From Octopus vulgaris (lineage: Eukaryota): DNA of 64,000 nucleotides. The position numbers and the translations under genes are program-made. The stretch lies in assembly GCA_951406725.2 (NCBI GenBank), contig OX597836.1, forward strand, positions 41,106,001-41,170,000. The letters run 5' to 3'. Below, one piece after another: positions 50,801 to 64,000 of the stretch (position 1 is its first letter; the number at the start of each line of letters is the position of its first letter). The notes under the pieces were generated by a model that worked only from the letters and a program-made list of their open reading frames with translations, was not told the origin of the DNA and did no database searches.

Positions 50801-52015
50801 CATTTTTTTAGTTACCTAGAAATTATGTTAAAAACTGCCGTTCAAACCGAAAAGATCCGAATATTGTATTAGTGTTTTGGGGTTGTTATGACTCAGGATG
50901 TTATAGTACTGTCCTGTTTTGTTGTAGCATTCTGCAGTGTTGTTGTTGTAGTGCTTTGGAATGTAGTGCGGCGTTTTGTGAAGCATCTGAATTGGATGTT
51001 GTTTGGCTGTGAGTTTTGTCATGTTACCTTTTTGTAGTAATTGCAATTTATCGAGGACTGATTGGGTTCCCAGGTAGGGATTAAGTCGATTAAATCGACC
51101 CCAGTGCGAAACTGGTACTTTATTTATCGACCCCCGAAAGGATGAGGGGTAAAATCGACCTCGGCGGAATTTGAACTCAGAACATAACGACAGACGAAAT
51201 ACCTATTTCTTTACCACCCACAAGGGGCTAAACACAGAGGGGACAAACAAGGACAGACATAGGTATTAAGTCGATTACATCGACACCAGTGCGTAACTGG
51301 TACTTAATTTATCGACCCCGAAAGGATGAGGGGCAAAATCGACCTCGGCGGTATTTGAACTCAGAACACAAGGACAGACGAAATACCGCTAAGCATTTCG
51401 CCCGGCGCGCTAACGTTTCTGCCAGCTCGCCGCCTTGTCCAATACGTAGATATCGAGGGAGAAACCTGGACGTCAGGAGCACAGCTGGGCAGCAGTAAGA
51501 GAAGGGTTGAGTAGAAAGCATCCGAACGTGCGACATAACGTGCGTCTATGGGGATATTTGATAGAATTAAAGATTTAAGAGTTCTGGGGTGTGTGTATAA
51601 GGATGATTGGTTAGACTTGGTGTTTATAAGAAAGGTGGAGGCGCAATGGCCCAGTGGTTAGGGCAGCAGACTCGCGGTCGGAGGATCGCGGTTTCAATCC
51701 CCAGACTGGGCATTGTGAGTGTTTATTGAGCGAAAACACATAAAGCTTCACAAGGCTCCGGCAGGGGATGGTGGTGATCCCTGCTGTACTCTTTCACCAC
51801 AACTTTCTCTCGCTCTTTCTTCCTGTTTCTCTTGTACCTGTATTTCAAAGGGCCGGCCTTGTCACTCTCTGTGTCACGCTGAATCTTCTCGAGAACTACG
51901 TTAAGGGTACACGTGTCTGTGGAGTGCTCAGCCACTTGCACGTTAATATCACGAGCAAGCTGTTCCGTTGATCGTATCAGCTGGGACCCTCATCGTCGCA
52001 GCCGACGGAGTGCTC
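47868..52015. mobile_element. Region holding SINE family C copies (47868-48217 +, 48270-48670 -, 49947-50328 +, 51576-52015 +) and a family B dimer (51075-51436 -)
   Basis: Similarity to other copies; tRNA-like A/B boxes. Confidence 0.8.
50447..50858. mobile_element. GGATC-TIR MITE with 8-bp TSD (Merlin-like)
   Basis: 29-bp TIR GGATCTTTTCGGTTTGAACGGCAGTTTTT; TSD AAATATTG/GAATATTG; internal TTAGGGTTAGGGG. Confidence 0.75.
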
Positions 52016-52238
52016 CTATTATAAGAAAGATTTTTAGGGCATGGATGGCAGTGATTGTTAGAATGACTGTGTATAGGATTTTTAGGGTATGTTTATGAGG
52101 GTGCTGGGTTGAATTAGTGATTTTAAGATTTTTAGGGTGTGTCTATGAGGCTGATTGTTATAATTAATGTTTATTGGATTTGTATTGTATAGTAGGGTTA
52201 AGAGAGTGTGGTAGAGGTGTTCTCTTTAGTGTTGTAGT

Positions 52239-53065
52239 CAGCGCCGTCTTAAGAATGGGCACACAGAACAGTTGCCCAGAGAAATTACGGGTCCAGGGAC
52301 CTAATTTTGGACTATGTATGTTATGGCTTGCTGTCAGTAAATAAATGCTATAGGGCCCAGCGCACTGATTTGCACGGGGCATCACGAGGCTAGGAGCCCA
52401 GTTTTGAACTATGTGTGCTGTGGCTTGCTTTCAATAGATAAGTGCTTTAGGGCCCAGCGCATTGATGTGCCCGAGGGTCACACGAGGCTAGGAGCCCAAT
52501 TTTGAACTATGTAAGCTGTGACTTGCTGTCAATAAATAAGTGCTATAGGGCCCATCGCATTGATGTGCCCGAGGGCCACACGAGGCTAGGTGCCCAATTT
52601 GAACTATGCATGCTGTAGCTTTCTGTCAATAAATAAGTGCTATAGGGCCCAGCACATTGATGTGCCCGAGGGCCACTCGGGGTTAGGAGCCCAATTTTGA
52701 ACTATGTATGCTGTAGCTTTCTGTCAATAAATAAGTGCTATAGGGCCCAGTGCATTGATGTGCCCGAGGACCACACGGGGTTAGGAGCCCAATTTTGAAC
52801 TATGTATGCTGTAGCTTTCTGTCAATAAATAAGTGCTATAGGGCCCAGCACATTGATGTGCCCGAGGGCCACACAAGGCTAGGTGCCCAATTTGAACTAT
52901 GTATGCTGTAGCTTTCTGTCAATAAATAAGTGCTATAAGGCCCGGTGCAGTGATTTGCCTAAAGGCCTAACAAGTGTAGGGGCCCAATTCTGATCTATGT
53001 ATGCTAGGGCTTGCTGATAGCAAATAGATACTATTGATTTGCCCGGGGGGAATAAGACGGCCCTG
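52239..53065. mobile_element. hAT-type non-autonomous element carrying eight ~98-bp tandem units
   Basis: TIRs CAGCGCCGTCTTA / TAAGACGGCCCTG; TSD GTTGTAGT/GTTCTAGT. Confidence 0.82.
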
Positions 53066-53242
53066 GTTCTAGTAGTATTCTAACAGCAATATTATTTTGG
53101 GGTAGAATTAGTGTTTAATGGATATTGCGATATGTCATTGACGATGGTCGAAGAATTAGTGTTTAAAGGGTTTTTAGATCATGTCAGTGAGGTCATTGGT
53201 AGAATTTATGTTTAAGAATGTTTAAGATGAGTCTAAAGAATC

Positions 53243-53415
53243 TAGGACATTAACCCCCACCCATAGAATATAACCCCTGCCCAAGGACAATTACCCCTCG
53301 AGGACAAGAGATGATGATTTAAAACTTCTTAATATATTGGAGAGGGAGTAATTAACCAAACTGGACAATTGTCCTAGGGGGTAGTTGTCCTAGGTGGGGG
53401 TGTAATTGTCCTGAT
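53243..53415. mobile_element. Small MITE with GGACAATTACCCC subterminal repeats in inverted orientation
   Basis: AGGACA(A/T)T..CCCC motifs on the left, GGGG..A(A/G)TTGTCCT motifs on the right. Confidence 0.4.
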
Positions 53416-53783
53416 ATGGAGTCTAAGAGGTAACTACGACAGCTTTAACCTATATGCTTTTCCACTGTTAAGGTGATAGGGTCCAATTTGAAGGAGGTGT
53501 GTTTGCTATTTCTAGAATGTTTAGCGACCACGCTGTTTAATTTCTTTGTGAGGGTAACGATTCTTCCAGACACTAGATGTTATAAATGTCTGTGTAGGAC
53601 TTTTCTCAGACATCACACCATACATGTAATAACATATCATAACACACACATACACAAAATGATACAGTCAAAGCAACACGACACGGTCCATCGCAACGTT
53701 ACACATGTCATGACAGTGCACACAATACCACAACACGACAGAAGGTCTTGTGGTGTTGCTACATTAGAATTATTGTTACGCCA

Positions 53784-54180
53784 AGGTGGCGAGCTGGCAG
53801 AATCGTTAGCACGCCGGGCGAAATGCTTAGCAGTATTTCGCTTGTCTTTACGTTCTGATTTCAAATTCCGCCGAGGTCGACTTTGCCTTTCATACTTCGG
53901 GGTCGATAAATTAAGTACCAGTTACGCACTGGGGTCGATATAATCGACTTAATCCGTTTGTCTGTCCTTGTTTGTTCCCTCTGTGTTTAGTCCCTTATGG
54001 GTAGTAAAGAAATAGGTATTTCGTCTGCCGCTACGTTGTGAGTTCAAATTCCGCCGAGGACGACTTTGCCCTTCCTCCTTTCGGGGTCGATAAATTAAGT
54101 ACCAGTTACGCACTGGGGTCGATATAATCGACTTAATCCGTTTGTCTGTCCTTAGCCCCTTGTGGGTTGTAAAGAAATAA
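53784..54180 (+). mobile_element. SINE family B dimer
   Basis: Junction GAAATAGGTATTTC at 54009. Confidence 0.88.
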
Positions 54181-54705
54181 GAATTATTGTTACGCTTCTG
54201 CTGTTCTAATCATTGATATGATGTTGTTCTTTTGCATTGTTGATATCGTGACATTGTGAAGACAACCCTTGTTGTATTTGTGCTATGGCTGATATAGTGT
54301 TGATGTGGTGATGTTCATGCTAAGACGTTGCTGTTGCTGTATGACTGTTGTAGTGTTGTTATAATACTGATGTTATGTTTCTATATTACTGATGTGTTGA
54401 TATTTTTTGTTGTGGGATTGTGGGTTTATTAGTTATTACTGGTGTGATGTTGATGTTGGGATGCAGCCGTTGTGACATTGATGTCGGCCTGCTGCTGCTG
54501 CTGGTGAGCTGTTGATGTTTGGGCAGCTGCTGTTGTGTTGCTGATGTTGGAGTGGTACTGTTGTGATGTTGATGCTGGAGTGCTGTTGTGATGGGGAGAT
54601 GCTCCTGTACTGTTGCTGTTGGGGTGCTGCTGTTGTTACGATGATAATGTTGAAGTGCAGCTGTTGAAATGTTGACGACGGAATACTGCTGTGATGATGT
54701 TTGAG

Positions 54706-56675
54706 GCTGGCATGGTGGAGTTGTGATGTTGATGCTGGCATGGTGGAGTTGTGATGTTGATGTTGGCATGGTGGAGTCGTGATGTTGATGTTGGCATGAT
54801 GGAGTTGTGATGTTGATGCTGGCATGGTGGAGTTGTGATGTTGATGTTGGCATGGTGGAGTTGTGATGTTGATGCTGGCATGGTGGAGTTGTGATGTTGA
54901 TGCTGGCATGGTGGAGTTGTGATGTTGATGTTGGCATGGTGGAGTTGTGATGTTGATGCTGGCATGGTGGAGTTGTGATGTTGATGCTGGCATGGTGGAG
55001 TTGTGATGTTGATGCTGGCATGGTGGAGTTGTGATGTTGATGTTGGCATGGTGAGTTGTGATGTTGATGCTGGCATGGTGGAGTTGTGATGTTGATGCTG
55101 GCATGGTGGAGTTGTGATGTTGATGCTGGCATGGTGGAGTTGTGATGTTGATGCTGGCATGGTGGAGTTGTGATGTTGAAGCTGGCATGGTGGAGTTGTG
55201 ATGTTGATGCTGGCATGGTGGAGTTGTGATGTTGATGCTGGCATGGTGGAGTTGTGATGTTGATGCTGGCATGGTGGAGTTGTGATGTTGATGCTGGCAT
55301 GGTGGAGTTGTGATGTTGATGCTGGCATGGTGGAGTTGTGATGTTGATGCTGGCATGGTGGAGTTGTGATGTTATTGCTGGCATGGTGGAGTTGTGATGT
55401 TGATGCTGGCATGGTGGAGTTGTGATGTTGATGCTGGCATGGTGGAGTTGTGATGTTGATGCTGGCATGGTGGAGTTGTGATGTTGATGCTGGCATGGTG
55501 GAGTTGTGATGTTGATGCTGGCATGGTGGAGTTGTGATGTTGATGCTGGTATGCTGGAGTTGTGATGTTGATGCTGGCATGGTGGAGTTGTGATGTTGAT
55601 GCTGGCATGCAGGAGTTGTGATGTTGATGCTGGCATGCTAGAGTTGTGATGATGATGCTGGTATGCTGGAGTTGTGATGTTGATGCTGGCATGGTGGAGT
55701 TGTGATGTTGTGATGCTGGCATGGTGGAGTTGTGATGTTGATGCTGGCATGGTGGAGTTGTGATGTTGATGCTGGCATGGTGGAGTTGTGATGTTGATGC
55801 TGGCATGGTGGAGTTGTGATGTTGATGCTGGCATGGTGGAGTTGTGATGTTGATGCTGGCATGGTGGAGTTGTGATGTTGATGCTGGCATGGTGGAGTTG
55901 TGATGTTGATGCTGGCATGGTGGAGTTGTGATGTTGATGCTGGCATGGTGGAGTTGTGATGTTGATGCTGGCATGGTGGAGTTGTGATGTTGATGCTGGC
56001 ATGGTGGAGTTGTGATGTTGATGCTGGCATGGTGGAGTTGTGATGTTGATGCTGGCATGGTGGAGTTGTGATGTTGATGCTGGCATGGTGGAGTTGTGAT
56101 GTTGATGCTGGCATGGTGGAGTTGTGATGTTGATGCTGGCATGGTGGAGTTGTGATGTTGATGCTGGCATGGTGGAGTTGTGATGTTGTGATGTTGATGC
56201 TGGCATGGTGGAGTTGTGATGTTGATGCTGGCATGGTGGAGTTGTGATGTTGATGCTGGCATGGTGGAGTTGTGATGTTGATGCTGGCATGGTGGAGTTG
56301 TGATGTTGATGCTGGCATGGTGGAGTTGTGATGTTGATGCTGGCATGGTGGAGTTGTGATGTTGATGCTGGTATGCTGGAGTTGTGATGTTGATGCTGGT
56401 ATGGTGGAGTTGTGATGTTGATGCTGGCATGCAGGAGTTGTGATGTTGATGCTGGCATGCTAGAGTTGTGATGATGATGCTGGTATGCTGGAGTTGTGAT
56501 GTTGATGCTGGCATGCTGGAGTTGTGATGATGATGCTGTTATGCTGGAGTTGTGATGTTGATGCTGGCATGCTAGAGTTGTGATGATGATGCTGGTATGC
56601 TAGAGTTGTGATGATGATGCTGTTATGCTGGAGTTGTGATGTTGATGCTGGCATGCTGGAGTTGTGATGTTGATG
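54706..56675. repeat. 28-bp minisatellite (GCTGGCATGGTGGAGTTGTGATGTTGAT)n, about 70 copies
   Basis: Homogeneous core with degenerate edges. Confidence 0.95.
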
Positions 56676-57499
56676 CTGTGGAGCTACTTTAGTAGTGTTC
56701 ATGCTGGGGTACTGCTGATCTGATGTTGATGTTGTGACGCTGGATATGTGATGTCGAATGTTATGGCGCTGCTGTTGTGATGCTGATGTTTCGTTTGCAG
56801 CTGTTGTGGTGCTGATGCTGGAGAGCTGTTGTTGTAATGCTGATGTTATGAATTAGATTTTGAGGTGCGGCTGTTGTGATGTTGATGTTGGGAACTGCTG
56901 TGGTGATGTTGATTTCGGGTCGGCAATTATTATGATGTTGGCGTCGGGGTGCTGGGGTTGTGATGCTGATGTTGGCGTGCTGGCGTTGTGTTGTTCATAG
57001 TAGAATGCTGCTGCTGTGATGCAGATGTTGTATTTCTGTTGTGATGTCGATGTTAGGAAGCTGCTTTTGCGATGTTGAAGTTGGGATGCTGCTGTAGTAA
57101 AGCTGATGTTGAGGGGGTCTAGTGTTGTCATGTTGATGTTGGATAGTGCTGTAGTGAAGTTCATGTTGGGAAGCTGATGTTGTTAAGTTGATGCTGTGAT
57201 GTTAAGTTGATGCTGGGTTGCTAGCATTGTATTGCTGATGCTGGTGAGCAGTAAATTTTGATGTGGCGATATTGTGATGCTGCTTATGAAAAACTGTTGT
57301 TGCGAGGCTGATATTGGGGAGTTACTGTTATGATGTTGATATGGTGGGGCTGTTTTTCTGATGATGATGTTGGGTGATACTGTTGAGAATAATGATGTTC
57401 GGATGCTGCTCAGGTGATGACATTGTTAGATTGTTGCTTTTAGGAATTCGCTATAATGTTGATGTTAGAGTGCTGCTGTGGTATTGTCAATTTTAGATT

Positions 57500-60400
57500 A
57501 CTGTAATGTTGGGGGTACTGGTATGACGTTGGGGGTGCTGGTGTGATGTTGGTGGTGCTGGTGTGATGCAAGGCGTGCTGTTGTGAAGTCGGGGGTGCTG
57601 TTATGATATTGGGGGCACTGTTGTAAAGGTGGGGGTGCTGGTGTGTGATGTGGTGGAGTTGGGGTCGTGTGGCATGTTGGGGTGCTGGGTGATGTTGGGG
57701 GTGCTGGTATGATGTTGGAGTGATGTGTGATGTTGGAGGTGTGATGTGATGTTGGGGTCCTGTTGTGNNNNNNNNNNNNNNNNNNNNNNNNNNNNNNNNN
57801 NNNNNNNNNNNNNNNNNNNNNNNNNNNNNNNNNNNNNNNNNNNNNNNNNNNNNNNNNNNNNNNNNNNTGTTGGAGGTGCTGATGTGATGTTGGGGGTGCT
57901 GATGTGATGTTGGGGGTGCTGGTGTGATGTTGGGGGTGCTGGTGTGATGTTGGAGGTGCTGATGTGATGTTGGGGGTGCTGATGTGATGTTGGATGGGTG
58001 CTGTGATGTTGGGGGTGCTGATGTGATGTTGGGGTGCTGATGTGATGTTGGGGGTGCTGATGTTGGGGGTGCTGGTGTGATGTTGGAGGTGCTGATGTGA
58101 TGATGTGATGTTGGGGGTGCTGATGTGATGTTGGAGGTGCTGATGTGATGTTGGAGGTGCTGATGTGATGTTGGGTGGTACTGGTTGTGATGTTGGGGGT
58201 GCTGGTGTGATGTTGGGGGTGCTGGTGTGATGTTGGAGGTGCTGATGTGATGTTGGAGGTGCTGATGTGTGTTGGGGGTGCTGATTGTGATGTTGGGGGT
58301 GCTTGTTGTGATGTTGGGAGGTGCTGGTGTGATGTTGGGGGTGCTGATGTTGGGTGTACTGTTGCTGATGTTGGTGATGTTGATGATGTTGGGGGTGCTG
58401 ATGTGATGTTGGGGGTGTACTGTTGTGATGTTGGGGTGCTGGTGTGATGTTGGATGGTGCTGATGTGATGTTGGGTGTACTGTTGTGATGTTGGTGGTGC
58501 TGGTGTGATGTTGGTGGTGCTGATGTGATGATGTTGGAGGGGGTGCTGTGATGGTGTTGGGGGTGCTGATGATGTTGGGGGTGCTGATGTGATGTTGGGT
58601 GTACTGGTTGTGATGTTGGGGGTGCTTAGTGTGATGTTGGGGGTGCTGGTGTGATGTTGGAGGTGTGATGTGCTGATGATGTTGGTGGTGCTTGGCTGTG
58701 ATGTTGGGGGTGGCTGTTGTGATGTTGGGGGTGCTGGTGTGATGTTGGAGGTGCTGATGTGATGTTGGGGGTGCTGATGTGATGTTGGGTGTACTGTTGT
58801 GATGTTGGGGGTGCTGGTGTGATGTTGGGGGTGCTGGTGTGATATTGGAGGTGCTGATGTGATGTTGGAGGTGCTGATGTGATGTTGGGTGTACTGTTGT
58901 GATGTTGGGGGTGCTGGTGTGATGTTGGTGGTGCTGGTGTGATGTTGGGGGTGCTGGTGTGATGTTGGAGGTGCTGATGTGATGTTGGAGGTGCTGATGT
59001 GATGTTGGGGGTGTTGATGATGTTGGTGTGCTGCTGTGATGTTGGGGGTGCTGGTGTGATGTTGGGGGTGCTGGTGTGATGTTGGGGGTGCTGGTGTGAT
59101 GTTGGAGGTGCTGATGGAGGTGTGTTGGATGCTGATGTGATGTTGGGTGTACTGTTGTGATGTTGGGGGTGCTGGATGTGATGTTGGGGGTGCTGTTGTG
59201 ATGTTGGAGGTGCTGATGTGATGTTGGGGGTGCTGATGTGATGTTGGGGGTGCTGATGTGATGTTGGGGGTGTTGTTTCAATGTTGGTGGTGCTGGTGTG
59301 ATGTTAGGGGTACTGGTGTGATGTTGGAGGTGCTGGTGTGATATTGGGGGTACTGGTATGATGTTGGGGGTGCTGGTGTGACGTTGGGGGTGCTGGTGTG
59401 GCGTTGGGGTGCTGGTGTGATGTTGGGGATGCTGTTGTGATGTTGGAGCTGCTGATGTGATGTCGGAGGTGCTGTTTCAATGCTGGTGGTGCTGGTATGA
59501 TGTTGGGTGTACTGTTGTGATGTTGGGGATGCTGTTGTGATGTTGGGTGTACTGTTGTGATGTTGGGGGTGCTGGTGTGATGTTGGGGGTGCTGGTGTGA
59601 TGTTGGAAGTGCTGGTGTGGCGTTGGGGGTGCTGGTGTGGCGTTGGGGGTGCTGGTGTGATGTTGGGTGCTGATGTGATGTTGGGTGTACTGTTGTGATG
59701 TTGGGGGTGCTGGTGTGATGTTGGTGGTGCTGGTGTGATGTTGTTGTGAGTTGGGTTGTCCAAAGTTGCTGGAAGCAGTGTGTTGGGAGTGGTGCCGATG
59801 TGATGTTGACTGTTGGGATGTTGTGCTGGAGGTGCTGTGATGTTGGGGGTGCTGTTTCAAAGTTGGTGGTGCTGGTGTGATGTTGGGAGTGGTGCTGATG
59901 TGATGTTGGGTGTACTGTTGTGATGTTGGGGGTGCTGGTGTGATGTTGGGGGTGCTGGTGTGATGTTGGAGGTGCTGATGTGATGTTGGGGGTGCTGGTG
60001 TGATGTTGGGGGTGCTGATGTGATGTTGGGTGTACTGTTGTGATGTTGTGGGTGCTGGTGTGATGTTGGAGGTGGGTGCTGGTGTGATGTTGGGGGTGCT
60101 GGTGTGATGTTGGTGTGATGGGGCGTTGCGTGACAGGGATGCTGCCGTGATGTTGGAGGTGCTGATGTGATGTTGGAGGTGCTGATGTGATGTTGGGTGT
60201 ACTGTTGTGATGTTGGGGGTGCTGGTGTGATGTTGGTGGTGCTGGTGTGATGTTGGAGGGGTGCTGGTGTGATGTTGGGAGTGGTGCTGTTGTGATGTTG
60301 GGGGTGCTGTTTCAAAGTTGGTGGTGCTGTTGTGATGTTGGGGGTGCTGGTGTGATGTGATGTTGGGTGTACTGTTGTGATGTTGGGGGTGCTGGTGTGA

Positions 60401-63400
60401 CGTTGGGGGTGCTGATGTTGGGGGTGCTGGCAGACGTGTGCTGGTGTGATGTTGGAGGTGCTGATGGGATGTTGGGGGTGCTGATGTGATGTTGGGTGGA
60501 CTGTTGTGATGTTGGGCGGTGCTGGTGTGATGTTGGGGGTGCTGGTGTGATGCTGTGTGATGTTGGAGGTGCTGATGTGATGTTGGAGGTGCTGATGTGA
60601 TGTTGGGTGTACTGTTGTGATGTTGGGGGTGCTGGTGTGAGGTTGGGGGTGCTGGTGTGATGTTGGAGGTGCTGATGTGATGTTGGAGGTGCTGATGTGA
60701 TGTTGGGGATCCTGATGTGATGTTGGGGGTGCTGTTGTGATGTTGGGGGTGCTGGTGTGATGTTGGAGGTGCTGATGTGATGTTGGGTGTGCTGGTGTGT
60801 GATGTTGGGGGTGCTGGTGTGATGTTGGAGGTGCTGATATGATGTTGGGGGTGCTGATGTGATGTTGGGGGTGCTGATGTGATGTTGGGTGTACTGTTGT
60901 GATGTTGGGGGTGCTGGTGTGATGTTGGGGGTGCTGATGTGATGTTGGGTGTACTGTTGTGATGTTGGGGGTGCTGGTGTGATGTTGGGGGTGCTGACTG
61001 GGTAAATGGTTACACGTCAGCGCCAACATCCGCGCTGGCAACATGCGGTGGCACTGGTTGATGCTGGAAGTGCGTCACGCGATGCCGGATGCTGGCATGG
61101 ATGTTGTGCTGATGATGATGTTGGCAGGGTGCTTAAGTGTGATGTTGGCGCTGTACTGTTGTGATGTTGGGGGTGCTGGTGTGATGTTGGGGGTGCTGGT
61201 GTGATGTTGGAGGTGCTGATGTGATGTTGGAGGTGCTGATGTGATGTTGGGTGTACTGTTGTGATGTTGGGGGTGCTGGTGTGATGTTGGTGGTGCTGGT
61301 GTGATGTTGGAGGTGCTGATGTGATGTTGGGGGTGCTGATGTGATGTTGGAGGAGCTGATGTGATGTTGGGTGTACTGTTGTGATGTTGGGGGTGCTGGT
61401 GTGATGTTGGGGGTGCTGATGTGATGTTGGGGGTGCTGATGTGATGTTGGGGGTGCTGATGTGATGTTGGGGGTGTTGTTTCAATGTTGGTGCTGCTGGT
61501 GTGATGTTGGGATGCTGTTGTGATGTTGGAGGTGCTGGTGTGATGTTGGGGTTACTGGTATGATGTTGGGGGTGCTGGTGTGACGTTGGGGGTGCTGGTG
61601 TGGCGTTGGGGGTGCTGGTGTGATGTTGGGGATGCTGTTGTGATGTTGGGTGTACTGTTGTGATGTTGGGGGTGCTGGTGTGATGTTGGGGGTGCTGGTG
61701 TGATGTTGGAAGTGCTGGTGTGGCGTTGGGGGTGCTGGTGTGGCGTTGGGGGTGCTGGTGTGATGTTGGGGGTGCTGATGTGATGTTGGGTGTACTGTTG
61801 TGATGTTGGGGGTGCTGGTGTGATGTTGGGGGTGCTGGTGTGATGTTGGAGGTGCTGATGTGATGTTGGGGGTGCTGGTGTGATGTTGGGGGTGCTGGTG
61901 TGATGTTGGGGGTGCTGGTATGATGTTGGGGGTGCTGGTGTGGCGTTGGGGGTGCTGGTGTGATGTTGGGGATGCTGTTGTGATGTTGGAGGTGCTGGTG
62001 TGATGTCGGAGGTGCTGTTTCAATGTTGGTGGTGCTGGTATGATGTTGGGGGTGCTGGTGTGATGTTGGGAGTGGTGCTTGTTGTGATGTTGGGGGTGCT
62101 GTTTCAAAGTTGGTGGTGCTGGTGTGATGTTGGGAGTGGTGCTGTTGTGATGTTGGGGGTGCTGTTTCAAAGTTGGTGGTGCTGGTGTAATGTTGGGGGT
62201 GCTAGTGTGACGTTGTAGGTGGTGCTGTTTCGATGTTGGAAGTGCTGTTGTGATGTTGGAGGTGCTGGTGTGATGTTGGGGTGCTGTTGTGATGTTGGGG
62301 GTGCTGTTTTAAAGTTGGGTGTGTAGTTGCGATGTTTGGGGTGATGGTGTGATGTTGGGAGTGCTGGTGTGATGATGGAGGTGCTATAGTGATGTTGGTG
62401 GTGCTGGTGTGATGTTGGAGGTGCTGGTATGATGTTGGGGGTGCTGGTGTGATGTTGGTGGTGCTGGTGTGATGTTGGGAGTGGTGCTGTTGTGATGTTG
62501 GAGGTGCTGGTATGATGTTGGGGGTGCTGTTGTGATGTTGGAGGTGCTGGTGTGATGTTGGGGTGCTGTTGTGATGTTGGAGGTGCTGGTGTGATGTTGG
62601 GGGTGCTGTTGTAATTTTGGGGGTGCTGTCATAAGGTTGGGTGTGTAGTTGTGATGTTGTGGGTGCTGGTGTGATGTTGGGGGTGCTGGTGTGATGTTGG
62701 TGGTGCTGGTGTGATGTTGGGGGTGCTAGTGTGACGTTGGGGGTGGTGCTGTTGCGATGTTGGAAGTGCTGGTGTGATGTTGGCGGTGCTGAGATTATGT
62801 TGGGGGTGCTGATGTGATGTTGGGTGTACTGTTGTGATGTTGGGGGTGCTGGTGTGATGTTGGAGGTGCTGATGTGATGTTGGAGGTGCTGATGTGATGT
62901 TGGGTGTACTGTTGTGATGTTGGGGGTGCTGGTTTGATGTTGGGGGTGCTGGTGTGATGTTGGGGGTGCTGATGTGATGTTGGGGGTGCTGATGTGATGT
63001 TGGGGGTGTTGTTTCAATGTTGGTGGTGCTGGTGTGATGTTGGGGTGCTGTTGTGATGTTGGAGGTGCTGGTGTGATGTTGGGGTTACTGGTATGATGTT
63101 GGGGGTGCTGGTGTGACGTTGGGGGTGCTGGTGTGGCGTTGGGGGTGCTGGTGTGATGTTGGGGGTGCTGTTGTGATGTTGGATGTTGGAGGTGCTGGTG
63201 TGATGTCGGGGTACTGTTGTGATGTTGGGGGGTGCTGGTGTGATGGGAGGTGCTGTTTCAATGTTGGTGGTGCTGGTGTGATGTTGGGGGTGCTGGTGTG
63301 ATGTTGGGGGTGCTGTTTCAAAGTTGGTGGTGCTGGTGTGATGTTGGGGGTGGTGCTGTTTCGATGTTGGAAGTGCTGTTGTGATGTTGGAGGTGCTGGT

Positions 63401-64000
63401 GTGATGTTGGGGTGCTGTTGTGATGTTGGGGGTGCTGTTTTAAAGTTGGGTGTGTAGTTGCGATGTTTGGGGTGATGGTGTGATGTTGGTGGTGCTGGTG
63501 TGATGTTGGAGGTGCTGGTGTGATGTTGGGGGTGCTGGTGTGATGTTGGTGGTGCTGGTGTGATGTTGGGGTGCTGTTGTAATGTTGGGGGTGCTGTTCT
63601 AAGGTTGGGTGTGTAGTTGTGATGTTGGGGGTGCTGGTGTGATGTTGGGGGTGCTGGTGTGATGTTGGTGGTGCTGGTATGATGTTGGGGGTGCTGTTTC
63701 AAAGTTGGTGGTGCTGGTGTGACGTTGGGGGTGGTGCTGTTGCGATGTTGGAAGTGCTGGTGTGATGTTGGGGGTGCTGGTATGATGGTGGCGGTACTGG
63801 TGTGATGTTGGGAGTGGTGCTGTTGTGATGTTGGAGGTGCTGATGTGATGTTGGGGGTGCTGTTGTGATGTTGGAGGTGCTGGTATGATGTTGGGAGTGG
63901 TGCTGTTGTGATGTTGGAGGTGATGGTATGATGTTGTGGGTGCTGTTGTGATGTTGGAGGTACTGGTGTGATGTTGGGAGTGGTGCTGTTGTGATGTTGG
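57500..64000. repeat. 20-bp minisatellite (GATGTTGGGGGTGCTGGTGT)n with recurring variant units; runs off the window
   Basis: Variants such as GGAGG, GGGTGTACTGTT and GTTTCAA(T/A)GTT recur in blocks. Confidence 0.95.
57768..57867. other. Assembly gap (100 N)
   Basis: Run of N. Confidence 1.

Noticed and set aside
54706-56675. CRISPR-like array (28-bp repeats)
   Set aside because: No unique spacers, eukaryotic context, no cas genes.
60995-61140. Apparently unique insert in the 20-bp array
   Set aside because: It looks like scrambled repeat units and is probably low-quality consensus, as near the gap; this cannot be verified without reads.
54386-63702. Long His/Pro/Thr-rich ORFs (up to 690 aa) as mucin-like or His-rich structural protein genes
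   Set aside because: Unit lengths of 28 and 20 are not multiples of 3, all frames are open because of strand composition, indels are frequent, and there is no signal peptide or clear splice structure.

Overview
Repeat-saturated, AT-rich animal genomic DNA. The SINE families and the extreme microsatellite load suggest a coleoid cephalopod, probably Octopus (inference). One spliced protein-coding gene can be rebuilt on the minus strand from six phase-compatible GT-AG exons (16392->4012; 2463 nt, 820 aa). I do not recognise its family. It is a low-complexity Ser/Pro-rich protein carrying a PIP-box-like motif, a p107-like KRRLF cyclin-docking motif, a Myc-like Fbw7 degron and seven full CDK consensus sites. 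The rest is transposon and tandem-repeat DNA: four tRNA-derived SINE families (one forming multimers with a fixed junction), Penelope-like fragments with several distinct hammerhead-ribozyme motifs and fold-back palindromes, microsatellite-associated R4/Dong-like fragments, CR1/RTE pieces, mariner relics, hAT, Merlin-like and Helentron-like non-autonomous elements. The last ~10 kb is a GT-rich 28-bp/20-bp minisatellite with a 100-N gap. Nearly all other ORFs in the track are repeat artefacts. Repeat boundaries are approximate, and family names come from motif recognition rather than database searches.
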